Shown here piece after piece: positions 45,728 to 55,300 of a stretch of DNA of 57,078 nucleotides (within the stretch, counting starts at the first letter, position 1; every line of letters starts with the position of its first letter). The position numbers were made by a program, and so were the translations under genes. This DNA is from a virus (taxonomy: Duplodnaviria > Caudoviricetes): positions 1 through 57,078 of the IMG/VR virus record IMGVR_UViG_3300044641_001763; one strand, 5' to 3'. The notes beneath the pieces were generated by a model, which saw only the letters and a list, made by a program, of their open reading frames with translations, did not search any database and had not been told where the DNA came from.

Positions 45728-47934
45728 TGACAGCAAAAGTTTTTGCCCTAGACACCAAAGCTGGAGTACAGCGCGACGGCACGTTATTTGACAAGATGTT
45801 CTATAACGATGGCCGGTGGGTGCGATTCCAGCGCGGGCGTCCGCGAAAGATGTTGGGCTACCGGGTCATTTCTAATCAATTGACCGGGCCTTCTCGAGGC
45901 ATCTGGGTTAACAGTCAGAACAATTTCTCGTCGGTGTTTTCTGGGTACTCTGACGGTCTTCAGGTCTTGTTGATTGACGACAACGGCGTTGGATCTGGTC
46001 TGCAAGATTTTAGTCTTAGCAATTTTACCGCCTCGCCGTTAAACCTTTGGCAGTTTGATGGATTTTACAGCGTTACCGGCGGCATCAATACTCTGTTGGC
46101 TCACCCTGGCCAGAATCTAACTTCTATTGATGACACGGTTGATACGCCTGTATTGATTGGCAACATCAACGGAACGTCACTAAGTCAGATTGGAGTGTTT
46201 ACTGACTCGGTAACAACGGTTAACGCAAGTGCGACTGTTACTTTGGGCGCTGCCAACCCGTTTATCGGTGCAGGACAGACAATTACAGGCGCAGGGATCC
46301 CTGCTTCAACGACTGTTGTATCGATTACGGGTACGTCGGTTGTCATATCTCAACCTGCTACAGCGTCGGCTACGGTCACGGCTACGTTCAACAACAACGT
46401 CAGCGTGTCGGGTGGCGTGGTGACGTTGCATCCGTATGTGTTTGTGTACGGCAACGCGGGGCTAATTCGGAACTGTTCTGCGGGCAACCCTGACGATTGG
46501 GTATCTGCTGACGCTAACGAGGTCAACGTGGCAACGGGCAAGATTGTGCAAGCCCTGCCGGTTCGAGGAGGCTCCAATGCGCCATCTGGTCTGTTCTGGT
46601 CTGTTGATAGCTTGGTTCGAGTGTCGTTCGTTGGAGGAACGGGAACTCCGGCGCAATACTGGCGATACGACATCATTTCGAGCCAAACATCAATTTTGTC
46701 GTCTCAGTGCGTAATTGAGTACGACGGCATTTACTATTGGATTGGGGTAGATCGGTTTTTGTTGTACAACGGGACAGTTAAAGAAATCCCGAACGACATG
46801 AATCAGAACTACTTTTTTGACAATCTGAACTACAACCAGCGTCAGAAGGTCTGGGCGACCAAAGTTCCGCGGTATGGCGAGATCTGGTGGTTCTATCCTC
46901 GAGGCAACGCAACCGAATGCACTGACGCAATTGTGTTCAACGTGCGCGAACAGACGTGGTACGACGCAGGTGAAGCAATTGGTGCGCGGCGGTCTGCCGG
47001 GTATTTTTCGCAAGTGTTTGCGTTTCCGATTGCTGCGAGCTGGCAAACGTTGCCTGAAAACGTTGTGTTCTCTGGCCCGTTTGACTTGGTCAACGGTAGC
47101 GAATTTCTGTTCTCTGACACTTACAACGTTGATATTGATGACCGATTGGTCGTGTCAGGAACTGGCATTACGGCTGGAACAACTGTTGTCAGCATCACCA
47201 GCTCGAACGTCAAGACGCTGGGTTCGATTACGCCAGGATCTGGGTATGCAAACAATACCTACACTGACGTGCCCCTGACCGGTGGGTCTGGTTTCTTGGC
47301 CACTGCAAACATTACGATTGCAGGCGGTGTTGTGACTGTTGTGACGATTGTTGACCGCGGCGCTGGGTACCAAGTCGGTGATGTGTTGAGTGCTGACGAT
47401 GCTGACCTGGGTGGCGGCGGAGGATCCGGGTTTAGCATTCCGGTCACGGCAATTTATGCTCAGGCGATTGAGCTATCGGCTGCAGCAACGGCAACGGCTA
47501 CAAACGTGTTGACGTTTCAAAACCCGCCTGATCGGATTCAGCTATGGCAGCACGAGATTGGTGTTGACGCCGTTGATGGACAGAATGTGTCTGCTGTTGA
47601 AAGTTTTTTTGAGACAAACGATCTTGGCTGGGTTTCCGGAGGACCGTCGCAACCGGCAATGGAAGGTGCGAACAGATGGTTGCGGGTTGAGCGGGTAGAA
47701 CCGGACTTTTTGATCAACGGCGAGATGGAATTGATTGTTACGGGCCGTCCCTATGCGCAGTCTGAAGACAAGGAATCCGACCCGTATGTTTTTAACGTTA
47801 ACACCAACAAGATTGACATGAAGGAGCAGCGCAGGGAGTTGCGACTGCGGTTCAGGTCAAACACAGTCAACGGCAACTATCAGGTTGGGCGAGTCATTAT
47901 TAGCGCGGACATTGGTGACGTAAGAGGCTACTAA
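45727..47934 (+). CDS. Tail nozzle/stabilisation protein (beta-propeller) with inserted beta domains
   Basis: WVRFQRGRPRK start; EIWWFYP; position before ejection genes. Confidence 0.7.
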   Translation: MTAKVFALDTKAGVQRDGTLFDKMFYNDGRWVRFQRGRPRKMLGYRVISNQLTGPSRGIWVNSQNNFSSVFSGYSDGLQVLLIDDNGVGSGLQDFSLSNFTASPLNLWQFDGFYSVTGGINTLLAHPGQNLTSIDDTVDTPVLIGNINGTSLSQIGVFTDSVTTVNASATVTLGAANPFIGAGQTITGAGIPASTTVVSITGTSVVISQPATASATVTATFNNNVSVSGGVVTLHPYVFVYGNAGLIRNCSAGNPDDWVSADANEVNVATGKIVQALPVRGGSNAPSGLFWSVDSLVRVSFVGGTGTPAQYWRYDIISSQTSILSSQCVIEYDGIYYWIGVDRFLLYNGTVKEIPNDMNQNYFFDNLNYNQRQKVWATKVPRYGEIWWFYPRGNATECTDAIVFNVREQTWYDAGEAIGARRSAGYFSQVFAFPIAASWQTLPENVVFSGPFDLVNGSEFLFSDTYNVDIDDRLVVSGTGITAGTTVVSITSSNVKTLGSITPGSGYANNTYTDVPLTGGSGFLATANITIAGGVVTVVTIVDRGAGYQVGDVLSADDADLGGGGGSGFSIPVTAIYAQAIELSAAATATATNVLTFQNPPDRIQLWQHEIGVDAVDGQNVSAVESFFETNDLGWVSGGPSQPAMEGANRWLRVERVEPDFLINGEMELIVTGRPYAQSEDKESDPYVFNVNTNKIDMKEQRRELRLRFRSNTVNGNYQVGRVIISADIGDVRGY

Positions 47935-48191
47935 TGGCCGCGAGTAACGCATTCGTCTATGATCCGAGGTATCACACCTTTGAATCATGGGCGTGCTTGA
48001 TGGTCGAACAGTACGCTGCGCAGCAACTGTCTATCCCAACAGCAGACACAGACTGGAAAGCCTGGGGGCAAGGATTGCTTGCTATTGACGTGTTTACAAA
48101 CGAAGCAGTCCCGGACCCTGCTCAGTTTGGCGAATGGTTCGATTGGGCTGCGGCGTTGTTTGGCGCAATCAATCCGGGGATGCCTCAATGA
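47934..48191 (+). CDS. Small Trp-rich tail protein
   Basis: 85 aa; coupled to nozzle. Confidence 0.65.
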   Translation: MAASNAFVYDPRYHTFESWACLMVEQYAAQQLSIPTADTDWKAWGQGLLAIDVFTNEAVPDPAQFGEWFDWAAALFGAINPGMPQ

Positions 48192-48841
48192 ATTGGTGTA
48201 ATGACTCGCCTGCGTGGACTAGCTGTTGCCATGCGTTGAGCATCCTGTTTCCGGCTTGGGAACGGGCGTTTACAGTAGTTGCAGCGCACTACAAGCCTCA
48301 CGTCTCGCCTGAGCTGGCGCATCGTATAGATTCGTTCATCAAAGAAGAAAACGCTCACGCTAACGCTCACGAGGCCTACAACCGTAGACATAACTTGTTG
48401 GAAGCACAAGAGCAAGAGATGGCCAAGACCGCGGTCGTCCATCGCCGTCCGGGCCGCAAGTTTTGGCTAGGGACTATGGTGTCCATCGAACATCTGGCGG
48501 CTTGTATGGCCAGGATGTATATGGGTCGTTTTGCTGGCCAAGAGGGGCGAGATTACAAGCTGTTTGAGTGGCACTCGATGGAAGAGTTGGGTCACAAAGA
48601 TCTAGCGATGGATGTCTGGAACGAGATGGGTTTTGATGGGCTTGATGAGATTGCCAAACAAAACCAGCAATACGTTTGTACGTTCATTATCAAGTATGTG
48701 GCGAGCAGGACTAACTGGAAGTCTCCCGTAGCTATCTGGGACTTTGTGAGGTGGTTCTGGGTCATGACATGGGAAGTATTCATTCCAATGCGGTACATTC
48801 TGGACGACGGATTTCATCCTAACCAGCGGGTGGTTGCATGA
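48188..48841 (+). CDS. Ferritin-like dimetal protein ('predicted metal-dependent hydrolase' family)
   Basis: ALSILFPAWE, EENAHANAH, IEHL, WHSMEELGHK. Confidence 0.75.
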   Translation: MNWCNDSPAWTSCCHALSILFPAWERAFTVVAAHYKPHVSPELAHRIDSFIKEENAHANAHEAYNRRHNLLEAQEQEMAKTAVVHRRPGRKFWLGTMVSIEHLAACMARMYMGRFAGQEGRDYKLFEWHSMEELGHKDLAMDVWNEMGFDGLDEIAKQNQQYVCTFIIKYVASRTNWKSPVAIWDFVRWFWVMTWEVFIPMRYILDDGFHPNQRVVA

Positions 48842-49305
48842 ACGTTTATCCAGTGGACTCGAGGCAGACGATGCTGAAGCCGCAAGACATTTTTGCGGTG
48901 GCTTCGCACGAGTACAAGCCAGGAATTAAAGCCGCCGCGGAAGCGGCTAAGAAGGCAGGGATGTCGCCGGAGCGGATGAGCTACGCCGTAATGATTTCAG
49001 AGTACAGCGATCCAAAATTGATCAGGATTCGCGCTGGAAACACGTTGTTTACGATTGCTGCCTTGCCTGATCGCATGGGGTTCGTGCGAGGGTACAACGG
49101 CGACATCGCACCGAACTACATCAACAACATGATTGAGCTAGCGCAGGCCGCAAGGAAGATGGGGTTTGATACGTTGCTTGCGTATGTATCGCCGGATGTC
49201 GTCCGAGCGGTCAAAGTAGCAATGCGACGTGTTGAAGGTATGTCTGTAGAGTTTGATCCGACCAACAGCGGAATGGTCATCACAACCGGTCCTAAAAGGG
49301 ATTAG
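48838..49305 (+). CDS. Hypothetical protein, possibly GNAT-like
   Basis: Position before ejection genes; AARKMGFD pattern. Confidence 0.45.
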   Translation: MNVYPVDSRQTMLKPQDIFAVASHEYKPGIKAAAEAAKKAGMSPERMSYAVMISEYSDPKLIRIRAGNTLFTIAALPDRMGFVRGYNGDIAPNYINNMIELAQAARKMGFDTLLAYVSPDVVRAVKVAMRRVEGMSVEFDPTNSGMVITTGPKRD

Positions 49306-49307
49306 AA

Positions 49308-52300
49308 ATGGGCTGGGCAAGAAAAGAATTGGGGATTGAACTCAACCCTTTCCGGGTTGCAGAAAGCGCTCTGAATAAAATTGGCAACACCATAACAGCG
49401 ATTATGAACAACCCAATCCCGGCGATTTTGCAGGTTGCCGGGGCTATGATCGGTATCCCCCCATACGTTACAGCAGCGGCTGTTACTGCGGTTCAGGGAG
49501 GGGATTTTGAAGATATTGCTAAAGCTGTTGCAGTCTCTTATGTAACAACAGAGTTTTTGCAAAACACGCAAATTGGTGCAGACATCCGTAATTACACATC
49601 AAACCTGATAGCAGGGGATGTTACGGATTACATGATTGAGAACTTTGACATCTCAATGGACCAAGCGGTCACAGTAGCCAAGATGACTACGGCTGCAGTG
49701 AACGGAGCTGTTGTTGGCGGAATCCGTTCGACCTTGCTGGGAGACAGCATTGCAACAGGAATGGCGCAAGGCTTCTCTCAAGGTCTTGTGTACTCTGGGG
49801 TGGATAGTTACTTTGATGACCTTAACAAAGATCCAAACTGGGGTCTAGGCCCGAAGACCTTAAACCTTGTCAAAGGCGCAACAAGCACTGCACTCAACAC
49901 ATTGATTAGCGGGAAGGGCGACCCTGGTGCTGCGATTGGTAATTATCTTGCGTATGCAACGCTTAAAATTGGCGCGTCAGAAGCAAAAACGGCGTTCCAA
50001 AGGGCATACGACGAATACACCGGGAAAACAGACGAGGCAAGAAACGCTCAAGCTGCTTTTGTAAACACAAGAGCGGAGTACGATTCAGAAGTTCGTCGGC
50101 ATGACATGATTGCTGATGAAATTAGACAGCAAGCTGCTGCGCATAACGACATCCTTACTAATCAACTGGCCCCGATTCGCGCCCAATTAGAAAAAGAACA
50201 AGCCGAAGTCGAGATGCAGCAGATTTTTCAAAAGGACGCACTTAAAACATTTGAAGATAACAAGTGGGCGTATGAAAACTATGACGCTAAGTTAAAACAG
50301 CTTGGGTATCAACTTGTTTCTGTACCAAGTTCAGAAGGTGGCGGTAATTACGATACTTATTGGGTTAAACAAACAGGCACGCAAATGGTGCCTCAATCTT
50401 ATAATGACGGAGATTACACGACTGTAAGTATGGTTGAAGTGCCTATTATTGATTATAACGTTTCTCCCCCTTCTCAAGAAAGTTTTGCCGTTGCAGCAAA
50501 TGCCGCTGGTGCGCAAGCAAACAATCACTATACGTTAGCGCAACAAGCGGCAGATCGGTACAAAGCTGTTGCTCAGTCAGAACAAACCAACAATTTGCTT
50601 GTGCAATTAGAGGCGATAAAAACAGAAATCGGACAAAAAACAGCAACTCTTAGCACGATTCGTCAGAATATTGAGACCCCTAAAGATGGCAACCTTGCAG
50701 AGCGTTTGAAAGTTGCTGCTGAGAGGTACGACAACAAATACAACTTGTATAAGTCCTCCGAGGAGGCCACGAAGCGAGCGGCAGAAAATTACAACCGCAT
50801 CATGGCGGAAGTTGTTGTTCGTGATGCAACGATTGATGCCATCAATGAGGGCGCTATTACGGTCACTGGCCGCAACGCGGACGGCAGCTTCACGCTTGAC
50901 AACGGGTTCACCGTCAAGGATGGGAAGTTCTTTCAGAACAACGAGCAGTTGTTTACGAACGCTGCTGGCCTATCGCAAAACGTACTTGAGCTGGCCACGC
51001 CTGACGGACAGGTCACGCGTTACGGCATGGATGCTGGCCGTCAACTATCTACAACGGACGTTCAAAATATCTTCAAACGTGATTACGGACTGAACGTATC
51101 GCTAGACGAGGCGAGGCGTTTTGCTGGGTCTGCGTTTGACAAAGTAGAGAACGCAAAACTGCAAGACTTTGCGATAGACAAGATCTCGCAAGAGTTCAAA
51201 TCCATCACAAACAAAGATCTGTCTGCTGCTCAAGCCAAAGAACTGTTAGTGCAACAAGACTCAGTAAAAGCCGCTCAAGAACGGGCCATCATTGAGTCCA
51301 ACTTGTATGTTCCTTCTGGCGAAGCACAAGACAGAATTGCCTTCGCTAAAGCTGCTGCAGAAGCTCAAAGACAAGGTAAAGATCGGTTTTCGTTTACGCG
51401 TTCAGACGGTCAAGTTGAAGATCATTTTATCGAAACTAATGCACAACGCGCTGCTGCTCAAGAGCGTGCGGTTATTGAAACCGCTCTTACAGAGCAAGTT
51501 GCTGGTTCTACAATTCAACCACAAAACTCGTTCAGAGAATCTGCAGCTCGAGAATTGCTTGAGTCTTACAAAAACCAAGGTTTGTCGCCGCAAGAAATTG
51601 ATCAGAAATTGTCTTCTGGCCAAGCTGCAAAAGATTTGAATGAAGTGTTGAATGTTAAACAACAGCAGATTGAACAACAAAAAACAAATGTTGAATCTGC
51701 AGAGAAAGAATTTGGAAGAAATAGCGCGGAAGCCAAAGACGCGTACAGGGAAGTTGTTGAAAACATGGCCGATTATGGCGGCTATGGGTACGAGAAAAAT
51801 GAAGACGGAACAATTTCTCACAAAGATCTTGGCAAACTTGACCCAGAAACTCTTGTTCCTGTGGATCGATCAAAATCGTGGACAGACCCTGTAACAGGAA
51901 AGTTGCATATTGAAATTACCGGAGTTGGTAGTGATGAAAAAATTCCGGCAAAAGATGTCTCTGCCCTGTGGGGTATAGGCAAGTCAGGAAACCCGCCGAC
52001 TATTGGCGGAGAGGCTATTTTTGGTGATGGTTCTGGAGTGTCGCCAGGGTCGCCTGGACTAACGCTTATTGCCGTTGACGATGGATCGGGAGATGCTAAT
52101 GCCAAGATGTTTGATGTTGGCAACGGGTTTGCACTGATTGCTTATTCAGACGGCAGAACCAAACTTGTCAAAAACGATGGCACAGTGTTTTTTGTTGACA
52201 CTGAAGACGCTAAAAAAGCTATGGAGAAGATGCCTGTTGTTACGGCTCCAACTATTGCTATTGATGGCGGCAAGAAAGAAGAAACTCCGCTGGAAAAAGG

Positions 52301-55300
52301 ACTAGGAGAATTTTACAAAGTTCTTACAGATCCACAGTTGGCCGACAAACTGTATCCAAAAACACCAGAACAACCGACTGTTCCAGCTCCTGTCACGCCA
52401 ACACCTGTTACGCCTCCAGGCACGCCGGAAGCGCCCGTTACTCCTCCAGTCACTCCTGAAACGCCTGTTACGCCTCCGGTAACTCCGGAGACCCCCGTGA
52501 CGCCTCCTGTCACGCCTGTTACTCCCCCAGTAACACCCGAGACGCCGGTTACTTCGCCTGTCACGCCCAGCAACGAAGTTGAGCAATTGCGTCAGCAGTT
52601 GACGCAGCAAATCCAAGCAGCGCAGGCCACGGGCAAAGCCGACGTTGAGGCTGTCCAGCAGGCTGTTAATACGGTTGCGGCTAACCTGGGGACAACCAAG
52701 GAAGAGCTGCTGCAGAGGCTAGGAACCAGCGAGACGCAGTTGCGCACGGACATTACGTCGCAGGTCGGTGGTGTTGAAAACAGGTTGACGCAAGCAATCA
52801 ATCAAGCCAAGCAGTCAGGCCTTGATGGGGATGCTGCGCTTCAGGCGGCTATTACGAAAGTTTCCGGTGACCTGGGAACAACGAAGACAGACCTGCTATC
52901 GCAACTTAGAAAGACGGAAGAGCAACTTCGCGCTGATGTGGCGTCGCAAGTTTCTGGCGTTCAGACACAGATTGGCGGCGTTGAAAGCCGATTGTCAGAG
53001 GCTATCACCCAAGCTAAAGCAGCAGGAATGCAAGGCGATCAAGCGCTGCAGTCTGCAATTGATAAAGTTGCCGGGGATGTTGGAACAACGAAAGCGGATT
53101 TGCTTGGGCAACTGGGCAAAACGGAACAGCAACTGCGATCAGACTTTGCTAGCCAGCTAGGCGGTGTTCAGGCCCAAATTGGTAATGTTGAATCTAGGTT
53201 GACAGATGCAATCGCTCAAGCTCGTTCTGCAGGTTTAGAAGGAGATCAAGCGCTACAGGTTGCAATAAACAAGGTTTCAAGCGACGTAGGTCTGACAAAA
53301 ACAGACCTTCTTGCTCAGTTGGGCAAAACTGAACAGCAGCTTCGATCTGACCTTTCAAGTCAAATTGGTGGCGTTGAATCTCGCTTAACTGATGCAATTG
53401 CTCAAGCTCGGCAGTCGGGCATGGCGGGCGATGCGGCGCTGCAGGCAAGTATTGACAAGGTTGCAGCCGAAGCCGGACTCACTAAAGAACAGCTATTGAC
53501 TCAGCTTGGCAAGACTGAAGCCCAGCTCAGACAAGATGTGGGTGCTCAGATTGGCGGGGTTGAATCTCGTTTGACAGAAGCTATTGCTCAAGCGAGGCAG
53601 TCTGGACTAGACGGAGAGGCCGCGCTGCAAATCGGATTGAACAAAGTAGCGTCTGATCTGAACATCACAAAAGACCTTGTGCTGGAGCAGGTTGGCAAGA
53701 CTGAATCTCAACTTCGCACTGACTTTGCCGAACAACTTGGCGGAGTGCAACTGCAAATAGAGAAGGTTCAGTCCGACTTAAACAAGGCGATTGCAGACGC
53801 AAAGTCTGCGGGCGCTTCGGATGTAGAAGCGGTTCGAAACGCGGTCAATCAGGTTGCCACTGACCTTGGAACTAACAGCACTGCGTTGTTGTATCAACTT
53901 GGAACGACTGAGACGCAACTGCGGTCGGAAATGCGTTCCGGGCAAGAGGCTACGCAGGAGCAGATTCGAGAGCTTGGTTCTGTATTCATGCAGCAGTACG
54001 ACGCTTTGAGCGCAGCGCAGAAGCAGCAGTTTGACGCCTTGGTTGAGCAAGGCGCAAATATGCAGACGGCCATGAACACAATTCAGGCAGACATTCAGTC
54101 TGAGTTGCAGAACGTTGAAAGCAGACTGACGTCCGCGGTGGCAGCTAACGAGGCGGCTGGACTCTCGAGGGACCAAGCGCTTACCAAAGCGATTGGAGAC
54201 GTCGCCGCAAACGTTGGGTTGACCAAAGAAGACTTGTTGTCCCGCATGGGTCAAAGCGAAGCGGCTTTGCGCGAGCAGTTTGCCGCGGGTCAAACGCAAA
54301 CCCAGCAGCAGATTGCAAACCTTGACGCGAGCACGCAGGCGAAGTTTGCACAGATGTCTGAAGCCCAGAAGGCTCAGGCGTTGCAATTGGCTCAAACCTC
54401 TGGCGACCTGACTGCCGCAATTAACAACGTGGCGGCAACGACCACTGCGCAGATTGGAAACGTTGAGACGAGGCTTAAAGAGGCGATGGCCGCGAATGAA
54501 GCGGCTGGGTTGTCTCGCGATCAAGCGGCGGCAAAAGCAATTGACGATGTTGCTGCAAGCGTTGGGTCTACAAAAGCTGATTTGTTGTCGCAACTAGGAA
54601 AGACTGAAGAGACAATCCGCGGGGAGTTGGCCGCAGGGTTGGCAGGGGTACAGACTGGTCTTGAACAACAACTGGCTGGAGTGCAGTCAAGGCTGAACGA
54701 GGCCATTGCGGCTAACGAAGCTGCAGGCCTGTCTCGAGATCAAGCGATTGCCAAATCTATTCAAGACGTGGCCAGCAACCTTGGCGTAACAAAAGACGCG
54801 CTGCTTGCGCAGATGGGCACCACTGAACAGACCTTGCGTGGCGAATTGGCGGCTGGGTTGCAGGCGACGCAACAGCAACTAAGCCAGCAGATGCAGGCGC
54901 AGTACCAGCAACTGACAGAGGCGCAGAAAGCGGAGGTTGATGCCCGAGTCAGGCAAGGTCAAGACCTAACGGCTGCAATTACTGCTGTAGGTGCGCAGAC
55001 TGCTTCGCAAATCGCTCAGACAGAAGCTGCTTTGCGAGAATCGATTCAGCAGCTCGGCACGGATGTACAGGGTCAGTTCAACCAGATGTCCGAGTCTCAG
55101 AAGGCTGAGGTAGCAGCCAGGGTTCAGCAGGGACAGGATTTGAACGCTGCTATCCAGAATGTCAGTCAGCAAACATCGCAGCAGATAGCGGCGTCTGAAG
55201 CTAGTTTGCAAGCTGCGATAGGCCAGCTTGGGACTAACGTACAACAGCAGTTTTCGCAGATGGATGCTGCGCAGAAAGCAGAAGTTGTTGCTCGAGTACA

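Noticed and set aside
18422-50120. Other CTGATGA occurrences as further hammerheads
   Set aside because: They lie inside coding regions and I saw no correctly placed GAAA, NUH site and stems
52387-52569. CRISPR-like or regulatory DNA repeat
   Set aside because: Conserved at protein level (PVTP) with varying third positions; it is a linker
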